From Octopus bimaculoides (taxonomy: Eukaryota): DNA of 63,461 bases. Positions 1-11,415 of this stretch are shown here, piece by piece. The position numbers and the translations under genes were made by a program. Position 1 is the first letter of the stretch, and each line of letters starts with the position of its first letter. The notes below the pieces were generated by a model. The model was given only the letters and a program-made list of their open reading frames with translations, did not search any database and was not told the origin of the DNA. Where the stretch lies: positions 5,064,325 to 5,127,785 of the forward strand of contig NC_068981.1 in assembly GCF_001194135.2 (NCBI RefSeq), written 5' to 3'.

Positions 1-52
1 AACTAGTTTCAGACTTTTGACACAATTCAAGACACAATGTTTTGCTTTTTTA

Positions 53-1411
53 TCAGTGAGATTCTGTGAATCCTGCTGAGATTCCAGTTTCCTTTTGTTT
101 CAAAACTGCTGAACTCTGTGAAACAAGTCGTTTAATAAAAGTCTGCATTTTGGCTGCACTCGGAGTGTGCTGTAAAGCTCTTTTAGCTGTATTGAGAGGA
201 ATTGAGAAATTTTGGTTTCTGTCTCCTTGGAATCCTGTCTGCATCATCAGAGCCATTTTATCCATGGAAATAGATTCTTTCTTATTTGGTCTTGGTAGTT
301 TCCAATACTCATTCTTTATTATAAAGTTTGCATTTCTGGGTAGAATATTTTCTGGATTTTTTGCAGTTTCTTTATGTGTTTCTGTTGTAGAATCTCTGTT
401 TATTTCAGACTTTGTATCAAACTTGTTTATAAAATGTCTCACTTTAGCATTGATGCCATTTGTCTTCGATTGCAAACTATGATTTTGAATTTGATTAATT
501 TTCAACAATTCTGTAAACCGTTTGTTGCTGTCTTGTGAACCAGTTGTGTTATTATTATATTCATTTCTACGTTTGTTACATGGTTTTCCTAAAAGAATTT
601 CTCTACCAATATTTGGTAAATCTGGAGTTTTTAAACTTTCTGGTTCAATTCCATCATTTTGTTCACTTTCATCAATTTCTTCATTTTGTAATTTTGGTAA
701 TTTTGTTTCTTCATTTTGTAATTTTGGTAATTTTGTTTCTGCCCCATCTTTGAGATTTTCAGAATATGATTCAGATAAAACAGAGGATTTGTGTTCTTCA
801 ATATTTGAAACTGGAAGTTCTGGTAAAGATTTATGTTGATCAAAGCAAGAATTTTCTTGTGGAAGAAAATCAAAGTTAGTTTTACCATTCTTGGCTCCAA
901 TTTCTGAATTATTTAAAGACTTCATTTTTGGTTTTTTACATAATAAGTTGTTTGCTACATTTGGACATCCATTTTTTGTCGGCACCTTCCTATATTCAGA
1001 TGGTTTGGCATTTAGCCTTTCAGTTAGTCTTGTAGAGTGATTAAATGCCATTCTTATGGGATATCTTTGGTTTTTCTCCAAATAAAAATCGTTAAGGTAA
1101 AGTCCAAGATGGCTCAGCGATGTTTTCAGTCGAAATTCATCGTTCCTAAAGTCAATCTCAGGAAAATACCTTCTCTTCAATTCTAATTGTACTTGTTTTT
1201 TCTCCAGAGTAAATTCTTTTATTTTCTGTCGTAAATGCATTGCTTCTCTTGTGATTGTTTGAAGTCTCGCCTGAAGTTGTCGATCAATTTCTTTCTCAAC
1301 AACATTTAATGCGTTTTCATAGATATTATCTTTGGCTATCTTTAACCGTTCATTGGTCAGTTTCCTCTTCTCTCGATTCCAGTCACCTTCCAAATAAACA
1401 CTTGACTCCAT
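53..1411 (-). CDS. Uncharacterised 452-aa protein, single coding exon; N-terminal predicted coiled coil, long low-complexity Asn/Lys/Glu/Ser-rich remainder
   Basis: Uninterrupted 1359-nt frame in AT-rich DNA, ATG at 1411 to TGA at 55-53. The ORF-track start at 1417 is a GTG and an in-frame TGA lies at 1429-1427. A strong acceptor (ttttttttgtttttcag|G, exon starts 1455) just upstream implies a spliced 5' UTR. No family recognised with confidence. Confidence 0.8.
   Translation of the reverse strand: MESSVYLEGDWNREKRKLTNERLKIAKDNIYENALNVVEKEIDRQLQARLQTITREAMHLRQKIKEFTLEKKQVQLELKRRYFPEIDFRNDEFRLKTSLSHLGLYLNDFYLEKNQRYPIRMAFNHSTRLTERLNAKPSEYRKVPTKNGCPNVANNLLCKKPKMKSLNNSEIGAKNGKTNFDFLPQENSCFDQHKSLPELPVSNIEEHKSSVLSESYSENLKDGAETKLPKLQNEETKLPKLQNEEIDESEQNDGIEPESLKTPDLPNIGREILLGKPCNKRRNEYNNNTTGSQDSNKRFTELLKINQIQNHSLQSKTNGINAKVRHFINKFDTKSEINRDSTTETHKETAKNPENILPRNANFIIKNEYWKLPRPNKKESISMDKMALMMQTGFQGDRNQNFSIPLNTAKRALQHTPSAAKMQTFIKRLVSQSSAVLKQKETGISAGFTESH
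676..740 (-). repeat. 30-bp in-frame tandem duplication (ETKLPKLQNE x2) inside the orphan CDS
   Basis: tttcttcattttgtaattttggtaattttg occurs at 676-705 and 706-735. Confidence 0.95.
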
Positions 1412-3212
1412 TTCCACATTTTTTACTCAATATTTTCTTTAAATGTCACCAAAACCTGAAAAACAAAAAAAACATCGGCTTTGAATTTTTTTTTTTTTTC
1501 CAAAACAACTGAAGCAGCATTATTATTTAAGTTCTTATCCTTGTCTTGCAAGATATTGGTCACTCTGTCATAGTGCCACATAAAAAGCACTGGTGATGGT
1601 GCCACATAGAAAGCAGCACCCAGTACACTCTGTAAAGTGGTTGGCATTGGGAAACTCATCCAGCCAAAACAGACAATTGGAACCTGGTATGGTCCCTGGC
1701 CTTGCCAGCTCCTGTTAAACCGTTCAACCCATGCCAGCATGGAAAACAGACCTTACATGATGATGATCTAAATTAGATTTTCCTATAAAAATTTCAATTT
1801 TCTAAACCTCATTTTTTGTTTTTTTCTGTTTGATGGTGTTTTTGGTTTGGTCTGATCACCAATACATCTTAGTCATGTATTTCCTGTACAGCAAGACCCC
1901 TTTTCCTGTCCCTTTATCATACTTTAACCTCTCACCACCTCCTTCAATACTGCTCTCTCCTCACTCGGTCAAGGGGTCTTGTGAGTTACTTGTTGCCCTT
2001 TCTCATACTGGTGCCACACAAAGAGCACCTAATCCACACCCTGGATAATGGTTGGCACTAGGAATGGCATCCAACTGCAGAAACCATGCCAAGGCAGACA
2101 ACAGAGCTTGGCAGTCTTCTCGCTCACTCATCTGCTCCTCTCAAATCATCCAAAGCATACCAGCATCATGACGATGATGATGATGATGATGATGATGATG
2201 ATATACATATCGATGCAGATGTGTCTGTATGGATTAAGAAACTTACCTCCCAACCAGGTGGTCTGGGGATATTACCTCATACCTTCCACAAGTGTCTTGT
2301 ACTAAAGCCTTGGGGCCAGCCAACGCCTTATGAGTGGATTTGGTAAACAGAAACTGAAAGAAATCCCTCATTTATCTCTGTGTGTCCCCTTTTAGCAAAT
2401 GATATGATGGCTGTCAACAAGTACAGCCATCATACAAACAACGAAAGCATTTGCAGTCTTCAATGAAAACGTTTGGCCATGGGGGAGAGGGATATTCTTT
2501 TCTACTCTAGGCACAAGGCCTGAAATTTTGGGGGAGGGAGCCAGTCGATTAGATCGACTGCCAGTATGTAACTGGTACTTGATCTATTGACCCCAAAAGG
2601 ATGAAGTGTAAAGTCAACCTTGACAGAATTTGAACTCAGAACGTAAAGACAGACAAAGTACTACTAAGCATTTCGCCCGGCGTCTTAATGTTTCTGCCAG
2701 CTCCCCTGGGGGTGGGGATATTGCCTTACTTGGAAACTGGTGAGGGTTGATAACAGGAAAGGCTTCCAGTTGTAGAAAATCTGCCTCACTAAATTCTGTC
2801 TGACCCATGCAAGCATGGAAAAGTTAGATGATGGTGGTGATGATGATTATATATATATATAAAGTTAGTATAGAGTAAGCCATCAGATTAATGTGAAATT
2901 GGTTTTATTACAACATAAAAACAAATATTAACATTGTATATACATGTATGTATAATGTGCAGCACGTGTGTGTCTATGTATTCTCAATTGTTTACCAAAC
3001 TATTTCTGTATCTCTTTGTTATTTCTCTGGTATTCCAGAATGTTTACAAAGGACATTTGATCTCAAAACACTAATCTTGTTATTCATTTGTCATTAATTA
3101 GATTAAAGCCAACTGATAAATCACTGCTATCCAAATACAACAGTGATTAATTCTACATTTGTTGATATCAGTTGAAGACCAATTGATGTCTTAATTTGTT
3201 TTCTGTGTACAG

Positions 3213-3326
3213 AGGGTGGTCGGGGTGGATGGCATTAAATGGTATTTCCGTTTTCAATATATTCCAGATAATAAATCACCATTTTATGATCCAGAAGTTG
3301 TGTATTTAAGCAACAAAGCATTCTGA
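3213..3326 (+). CDS. Candidate orphan terminal exon (RVVGVDGIKWYFRFQYIPDNKSPFYDPEVVYLSNKAF*)
   Basis: Pyrimidine-rich acceptor ttgttttctgtgtacag followed by 37 open codons with protein-like composition; no partner exon or family recognised. Confidence 0.25.
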   Translation, partial: RVVGVDGIKWYFRFQYIPDNKSPFYDPEVVYLSNKAF

Positions 3327-3830
3327 CTTGTATGTATTTATCGAATCAAACAGCCACTGATCTCTGAAAACGACTCAGTTGAAATATTGCATCATTGCCA
3401 TGTTAGCTTTTCTTAGAAATCTCCTCTCCACTTAATCCATGTTTAAATATTTAAATTCATTCCATATTTCTGTTGAAGTACACTGCTTTCTTTTAATACT
3501 GAATGTAACGAAGAATTTAGTAAAATAATTTTACCATTATTATAGATTGGGGCAACATGGAATGAAGTGCCTTTTTCAAGGGCACAACATCTCACTTGGT
3601 CTAGGAACTGAACTCCCAATCTTATGATTGTTAGCTGAACACCCTAACCACTAGGTCATATCCATTTGTAGTTTTAATAAAGATTCAAATTCTGTAGAAA
3701 CTTTGCCAGATCAGATTGGAGACTGGTGCTGCCTTTTGGCTCACCAGCCCTCAGTCAAACCATCCAACCCATGCCAGCATGGAAAGCAGATGTTAAACGA
3801 AGATGATGATGATTCAGCTAAAACTCTCCT

Positions 3831-3945
3831 GTCATCAGCATATGGGAGTTCTGATGGACAGCTGAGCTTAGACTCTTCTGTTGTGGCCTATAGGACTACG
3901 ATGAATAGAAAGGGGCTGAGAACTAGGCCCTGGTAGACACCCTGC
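3831..3945 (-). mobile_element. RTE-type LINE reverse transcriptase fragment (decayed)
   Basis: QGVYQGLVLSPFLFIVVL*ATTEESKLSCPSELPYADD, homologous to the RT fragment at 14162-14515. Confidence 0.85.
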
Positions 3946-4166
3946 TTTCATCTTAAATTCATCAATAGGTGCAGGCATGGCTGTGAGATAAGAAGTTTGC
4001 TTCCCAACCACGTGGTTCCCGGTTCAATCCTACTACGTGGCACCATGGGCCAGGTGGCTTCTACCATAGCCTTGGGCCACCCAAACTTTGTGAGTGGATT
4101 TGATAAACAGAAACTGAAAGAAGCCCATCATATATATATATATGGAGAGAGAGAGTGAGAGAGAGA

Positions 4167-4339
4167 GTTGAAAACAGTTTGATTCTGATTCTGTGCTACT
4201 TAGTTTCAAAGCCCCTAATAGGGGCCTTTCATTAGGCTAGTGGAAATTCAAATTGGATTGCCACTGGCCTAATGAAAGGCCCTCGTTAGAAGCTTTGAGA
4301 CTATAAGTAGCACAGAATTGAGATCAAACAGTTTTCAAC
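4167..4339. mobile_element. Foldback / palindromic MITE (~170 bp)
   Basis: gttgaaaacagtttga...gggcctttcattaggctagtgg, a ~17-nt loop, then ccactggcctaatgaaaggccc...tcaaacagttttcaac. Confidence 0.85.
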
Positions 4340-4532
4340 AATACATGTAACTCCCAATAAATGTGTTAAGGCCCCTTTCTTTCATTTGTCCTGTCACTTG
4401 TGTGTGTGTGTGTGTGTGTGTAAACTCGTGAGGTCAGTTTGCTCAACTAAAACCTTCCAAGGTGGTGCCCCAGCTTGGCCATAGTCAGATCTACCAAATC
4501 CAGGCTGCCCTGAATTTGGTAGATAGTGACCC

Positions 4533-4735
4533 TAACCTTTTAGCATTCAGATTATTCCCTCAGCATCTAATGCTTATTAATTCACATTATCTTTTAGCTT
4601 TGAGATTTCAGTGATGTGGTTGTTTATTTTTAGAATGACATTGTAGGGTAGGTGTGATGGGCTGAATCTGGCTGGTTTGGACATAAAGTAAAATATTTGG
4701 GCTTGATATGGCCAGTTTAAATGTGAACGGGTTAA
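4533..4735. mobile_element. TTAA-terminated (piggyBac-like) MITE; related copy at about 54728-54952
   Basis: Ends taaccttttagcatt / aatgtgaacgggttaa; the internal sequence is shared with the 54.7-kb copy. Confidence 0.55.
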
Positions 4736-5943
4736 GATGACCCCTTGCCAATGATAAAATTAGCTTTACTGAAGTGGCCCTACATCAACCCTAGGTTTTG
4801 AAACTGACACAAGGTCTGTAGGGGAGGGGGAGGGCTTTTATCTCATTTTACTTTTAGTCAGGGGAACAGACAGCCTCCATAAATCTTTACAAGACCTCCA
4901 AGACTGGTGGGAGGGAAAGATTCTTGGCCTGAATCTTTACAACAAAGTGGACCCTATGAAACTCACCCCAGGTGCCAGCCAGTGGTATACATCTTCTAAA
5001 AGATAGTTTTAAAAGTGTTATAATCAAATAATTTTCTTTTCCCCAATGGTTCATTTTTTATTCTTCCAGTATAAGTATAGACAACATATTCTTTTTAACA
5101 GGTGTCAAATCTGTCTGGAATATCTCACTTTCATTCTAATCTTCCTCTCAGTATTAATCCACGTTTCTTTGTGTGTCTTAATCCATGTGTGAAATTTGGA
5201 TTAATATTGGAAGTTGTTTTATAGAAGCAGCTAAAAGACATTATTAAGTAATGTTGTTCTCAGAGCAGCTGTTAAAATGATAAAAAGCTGTAACTGGGTT
5301 TTGTTGACTGGATTTAGAGTCAATAAAGAAACCAAAGTATTTTGTAGAAAAGGATTGCCTGAGATAGTATTACAGATTAATCTTAATATATATATGCGTG
5401 GGTGTGTTTATGTATATATAGAGATAGATATGTGTACAGGCATGGCTGTGTGGTAAAGATACTTGCTTCCCGGCCATGTGGTTTCTGGTTCAGTCCCATT
5501 AGTGGCACCTCAGGCAGTGTCTTCAACTACAGCCCTGGGCCAACCAAAGCTTTGTGGGTAGATTTGGTTGTCTGAAACTGAAAGAAGCCCATCCTGTGCA
5601 TGCGTGTGTGTTAGGAAGGGCATCAAGTCGCAGAAACCATTCCATAGCAGCTCTTGGACACATCAGTTCCTGTCAAACCATCCAACTGATGCCAGCATGA
5701 AACATGGATGTTGAATTATGATGATGTGGGAAGGGTGTGTGGAGGGGGAATTCCTTTGTCTTGACATCACATGATGGTTGTGGACAAGCATTCCTCATTT
5801 CCAGTCTTCCATGGAAAACATGTCTGGCCATGGGGAAATGGTACCTTGTTTGAAATCAGATGAGGGTTGGTGATGGAAAGGGCATTCAGCCATAGAAAAT
5901 CAACAAATTCCTTGTGATCCATGCAGACATGGAAAAGTGAACA

Positions 5944-6136
5944 TTAACTTTTTCAATACCAACCCGGCTGAAACCAGCTCTGGCTCTGTAGTACAAATGT
6001 CTTGTTTTCAAAAGTTTTGAATTAATATCTTCCACCAAACCTTAGTCACAATTTATGTTCCTAACACTAGCTGAATGATAAAAGTAATTGAAAGAAACAC
6101 AGAGCATCTCAAAATAAATACAGTAATAAAGGGTTA
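5944..6136. mobile_element. Second TTAA-terminated MITE
   Basis: ttaactttttcaatacc...gtaataaagggttaa degenerate TIRs. Confidence 0.45.
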
Positions 6137-7056
6137 AAAGTTTGTCAAATTATTATTAAAATGAAGTTTCTCAACTTCATAACGGGGGCAACAGCATAAA
6201 ATATCAGTGTTTGTGCATGTTCAACCGAACGAGGATGTTTCTCATCCATCACAAGGTTTTTATCTTTTTTTCCGGGTTCGGTCCAACTACATGGCACCTT
6301 GAGCAAGAGTCTTCTACAATAGCTTTGAACCAATCAAAGCCTTCTGAGTGGATTTCATTGACGGAAACTGAAAGAAGCCAATCCTATATATGTGTTTGTG
6401 TTTGTTCCCACCACAGCTTGACAACCAGTGTTATTGTGTTTACATTCCTGTAACTAAGCAGTTCAATAAAAGAGACTGATAGAATAAGTACCAGGATTTT
6501 AAAAATAATTGCTGGGGTTCATTTGTTCACCTAAAATTCTTGCTGTTGGTGCCCCAGCATGGCCACAGGCGTGGCTGCATGGTTAAAAACATTCACTTTG
6601 TAACCAGTGGTTCTGGGTTCAGTCTCACCGCATGGCACTTTGGTTGAGTGAATTTAGCAGACAGAAACTACAGAATCCTACCAGGTGTGTGTGTCTTTGT
6701 GTTTGCCCCACCATCACCACCTCGTGACAACCAGTGTTGGTTTGTTTACATCCCCATAACTTAGTAGTTCAACAGTAGAGACCAATAGAATAAGTACCAC
6801 ACTTGAAAATAAGTGTAGGGGTTGATTTGTTTGACTTAAACCCTTCAAGGTGGTGCCCCAGCATGGCCACAGTCCAATGACTAAAGCAAGTAAAAGGTAA
6901 AATGGAAACAAAATGATTCAATTAATTACAAAATTAAAATTAAAAAAAAAACTTGATGGGTTTTTTTTTTCTTTTGTTTTCGCTTCTGAGTTTCTCTTTA
7001 GTTACTTATCTTCATTGTTTGACACTAACTTTTGATAAAATGGTAAATTTACTTAC

Positions 7057-7200
7057 CTTCGATTTAATTCTTCACAACCAACCAGTGTAAGAGGACGCAG
7101 ATACTGTCAAAGTAAGTTTTGTAGACCAAAATCTTAGTTGACACTTTGTTGACTTTGTCGGTTTTTAGTAGTTACTTGGTAACCAATCCTTACTAGATTC
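7057..7200 (-). promoter_or_regulatory. Candidate non-coding first exon / promoter of the orphan gene
   Basis: Consensus donor GAAG|GTAAGT on the - strand at 7057/7056 in unique, non-repetitive DNA with a CCAAT near 7182. Pairing it with the acceptor at 1456 (5.6-kb intron) is inference. Confidence 0.35.
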
Positions 7201-8265
7201 GTTCCTCTCGAGCTCTAAGCTCTATCGTAAGTAACTCCGTATAAACTCCTCCTACTTTAATCCCAGTCACTTTTCAACAACAGCTGATTCCCTCTTCTCA
7301 GCTAATCTCTTGTCTGTAGAAAACCTGTGAACAGTCGACTGAGTGTTAGTTTTAGGCTAATTACTTGTTGGAGCATGCAAAGAGAAATTAATATCAGTTG
7401 TTAACTTAGCGCCTTTGATATATATCTGCTGGCTTTTACAGTTTTAAACATCTACAGCAACTTCACCGTTCAAAGATCCCGTTTTCTTTTTTCTTTAATG
7501 TTTTTATCTTGTTCCAGTCATTAGACTGTGGCCATGCTGGGGCACTTTAGTCGAATGAATTGACCCGCAAGACTTTTTTTTCTTTTTAAGCCTGGTAATT
7601 GTTCTATTGGTCTCCTTTGCTGAACTGCTAAAGTATGGGGCTGTAAACACACCAACACTGGTTCTCATGCAGTGGTGGGACACACGCATATGTGATGGGC
7701 TTCTTTCAGTTTCCATCTACCAAATCCACTTACAAGCTTTGTTTATCCCAAGGCCATAGAAGTAGGCACTTGCCAAAGCTGCCACACATTGGGACTGAAC
7801 CCAGAACCATGTGATTGAGAACCAAGCTTCTTACTACACAGCCATACCTATGCCTATTTATTTCTTTTTCTTATTCTCTCTCCCTCTCTCTCTCTCGTGT
7901 GTGTGTGTGTGCGTGCATTAAATGATTTACTTCTCAGTATGTCAAAAAACTAAGCCATCACAAGACTTATTAAAATATAAAATCATATATTCTCCCTCTT
8001 AACCTTTGAATTATTACATCAGTGTGAAGAGAACCACTTAAAAACCACACAATGATACTTGAAGACATTTCAATGCAAAAAAAAATATATATTATCTTTG
8101 TACTTTGTTTTCTTTCACACAAGAACATATCTATTCATTCTCGATACATTCTGGCAGATTCGAATTTGAATATGTTGATTGCTGTTGTATTTCATCATTA
8201 GAGAACACTTCATCCCTTTACATGATGTGTTTTTATAAGACACGTGATTCATTGATGTAAGGAAG

Positions 8266-8314
8266 CTTTGAGACACCATGGTGTTTTGACTTTATTCTGT
8301 CTCTTCAGTCAAAG
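8266..8314 (-). ncRNA. Type-I hammerhead ribozyme motif, copy 1
   Basis: CUUUGA-CUGAAGA-GAC-agaauaaa-GUC-AAAAC-ACCAUGGU-GUC-UCAAAG: perfect 6-bp stem I, palindromic stem III ACACCAUGGUGU, GUC cleavage triplet; G12 replaced by A at a CpG position. Confidence 0.75.
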
Positions 8315-8594
8315 TTACCCCAGATCAATGAATTTAACACATTTACTAGTTCCTATTTATGGATATCAGCAAACATGATTGTTGAGGTATGCTGATGTCT
8401 GCCAAATAGATAATAATTCATGGGTGCCTGCAAAGCATCAAGAATCCAGATGACAGCATATCTATTCATTCTCAATATGTTCTAGTAGATTTGAATAAGA
8501 CTTCTGATTGCTGTTGTATTTCATCACTGGAGAACACCACCTCACTTTAAACGATGTGTGTTCATAGCACACAGGATTCACTGACCTAAGACAA

Positions 8595-8641
8595 CTTTGA
8601 AACTCTGGTGTTTCGACCTTATTGTGTCTCTTCAGTCTAAA
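8595..8641 (-). ncRNA. Type-I hammerhead ribozyme motif, copy 2
   Basis: UUUAGA-CUGAAGA-GAC-acaauaag-GUC-GAAAC-ACCAGA-GUU-UCAAAG: intact core, eroded stems I and III. Confidence 0.68.
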
Positions 8642-9008
8642 CGACCCTGGATCTGAACAGTTGATTTATAGAAATCATCAGTTTTCCATGCTGGCATGGG
8701 TTGGATGGTTTCACTGAAGCTGGCAAGGCTGGAGAGCTGCACCAGGCTCCACTTGCCTGCTTTGGCATGGTTTCTAAAGTTGGATGCCCTTCCTCATGCC
8801 AATCACTTCAAAGAGTGTACTTGGTGCTTTTCACATTGCACTAGCTCAAGTGCGTTTTATGTGGCACCAGCTACGGGTTTCTTTCAGTTTCCGTCTATGA
8901 AATCTGCTCACAAGGCTTTGGTTAGCCTAATGCTATAGTAGAAGATACTTGCCCAAGGTATCACACACTGGAATTGAACCGAAAGCCATTCAAGAAGCAA
9001 ACTTTTTG

Positions 9009-9048
<40 letters not shown>

Positions 9049-9308
9049 CCATATATCTTCATCATCAATTGATTTGCTGCATTTCTCTGATATATTAATT
9101 TCCAGACTTGATTTTTTGTTTGCCTTTCATTGAATTACATCTTTTTAAGACCTGTAATTAAGTTCATTACTTCTGTTGTAATTACTTAATTTGACACGAC
9201 CTCATGAATATTTATCTTGACCCCCACATAGCTTCTTGGCTGTCCAACCACAAATTACATTCTCAAATTATAGTATCCATTTGGTTTTGGTTTTTGCATT
9301 TTTGGGTT

Positions 9309-9342
<34 letters not shown>

Positions 9343-11383
9343 TCAGTGGGGTGTAAGTTAGAGGGGTGGGGCAATGTAATGAAGCAGTGCTTATCTGTGG
9401 AATAAATTAAAATCTCAGTTTTTCAAAGTTATGAGAACCGTTTCCTTGAAGTTGATCTTTGAACTCAGTTGGAACAATCATCTCCTGATTATATTTATTT
9501 TATGAGACATTCTGTCTTTGATAAAGTTGTTGTTATTATTAAGGTAACGAGCTGGCAGAATCATTAACATGCCAGGCAAAACGCTTAGTGGCATTTCGTC
9601 CAACTTTTATGTAAAAGAGTAAAGGCACATTAAGCTGCGTTCTGCCAAGGTCAACTTTGCCTTTCATCTTTTTGGAGGTTGGTAAAATAAAGTACCAGTG
9701 AAATACTGGAGTCAATATGAGTGACTTACCTCCTCCCCTTAAAATTGCTGGCCTTGTGCCAAAATTTGAAGCCATAAATATTGTTACTGTTAGTATTTTC
9801 ATGTAATGCACCTTTTTCAATTTCCTGAAATGATCCTAATTATTATCAAAGAGTTCATATCCACAGAGAACTTCTTTAAGATCAGAGAAATTGGTTATGA
9901 ATTTCTTTGAGAGAAGCTAAACGTTTCTTGGTGTCGACCAAGAAAGAGAGAGAAGTTTCTATTGGAAAATAGAAATAACATATTTCTAAATCTCTCAGAG
10001 AGATTTATGCAGTAGCAGCACGATAAAGTGATAGTATGTTGTCACAGGAAATTTGACTGTCCCATGAAAGGGAAGAATGCTACTGTTATTTAGCCCTAGG
10101 AAACACCGTTTCCTGTTGGACTTGACACATTTCCTGTGGCCTTATGTTTTCAAAGTGGAGACAAGCACCTCCACCCAGCAAAACCAGCATCCAGAGACTA
10201 GTTTCAGAGTCACTGCTCATTATCAGTCTGGAGTAGCATGGCTTGCTAGCTGCCGATGCCTATCTGCCTTTGAAAACATATATACTTCAAGTGACATACA
10301 TTCACTGATTTTTGAAANNNNNNNNNNNNNNNNNNNNNNNNNNNNNNNNNNNNNNNNNNNNNNNNNNCCATTTCTAAATCTCTCAGAGAGATTTATGCAG
10401 TAGCAGCACGATAAAGTGATAGTATGTTGTCACAGGAAATTTGACTGTCCCATGAAAGGGAAGAATGCTACTGTTATTTAGCCCTAGGTTTTGCTGGGTG
10501 GAGGTGCTTGTCTACACTTTGAAAACGTGTGTGGTTAAGGTTCCAGGTTCAGTCCCACTGTGTGTGACCTCTTGCTTCTGTGTTTAGCCTTGGGTTGACC
10601 AAAGCCTTGAAAGTGGATTTGGTAGATGGAAACTGAAAGAAACCCATCATGTGTGTGTTCCCCACCACTGCTTGGCAACCAGTGTTGGTGTGTTTACATC
10701 CCTGTAATATAGTGGTTTGACAAAAGAGACTGATAGAATAAGTACCAGGCTTTAAGAAAAAAAGCACTGGGGTCAATTTGTTCCACTAAAAAACTTTCTA
10801 GGCAGTGCCCCAGCATGGCCACACTCTAATGACTGCACAAAATAAATAAATATCTGTTGAACTAATATTTTTTGCCAACATAACCTTCTTTCTTGATCCT
10901 TTTGCTCTCCACCCCGACCCCGTCCCTCTTGTCTTCATTCAGTCTCCCTTCTTAATAAAATATTTGGGAGACCATTATCATTATTTAAACCTTAATGATT
11001 TCTATCCCTCTCTTAATTATTCTCTCTCTCTCACCCAATTACTCTCTCTCTTTCTTTCTCTCTCTCTCACAATTTCACTCAAAAGTCAACTTGGCCCGTC
11101 TCGCTCTCAGTTGTTCACCAATAGAGCAGGACGCCAAGAAACCACACACACACACACACGCACACACACACACTCCCCCCTCTCTCTCTCCAATGAAGTA
11201 GGCCACTAACAAGCACCACTTCCTCCACTCTCTCTCTCCAAACTTCAAAGATGTTTCTATTTTAGAAAACTTACTCAACATGTTATTCCTGTACTTCCCT
11301 TATACATTACATCAGGATCACTTTTCCAAATAGGAGTTGCTCCAATCTCTGTGTGTGCATGTGTATATTTATGTGTGTGTGTG

Positions 11384-11415
<32 letters not shown>

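Larger units (their letters stand above)
8126..8675 (-). repeat. Diverged tandem dimer (~330-bp period), each unit carrying a hammerhead motif
   Basis: 8126-8325 aligns by eye with 8457-8655 (catatctattcattctc...tgattgctgttgtatttcatca...tgtctcttcagtc); the hammerhead cores are 327 bp apart. Confidence 0.85.

Noticed and set aside
66-900. ORFs 66..482, 522..839, 535..753 (+) and 631..900 (-)
   Set aside because: Shadow frames overlapping the much longer 452-aa ORF
5070-5130. SIDNIFFLTG after ttcttccag, faintly like RSPRY1 SLDNLFLKEG
   Set aside because: Flanking residues do not match, there is no good donor and the frame closes quickly
8126-8675. C/D snoRNA interpretation of the tandem dimer (RTGATGA on the - strand)
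   Set aside because: No suitably placed CTGA D box or terminal stem; the hammerhead model explains more positions
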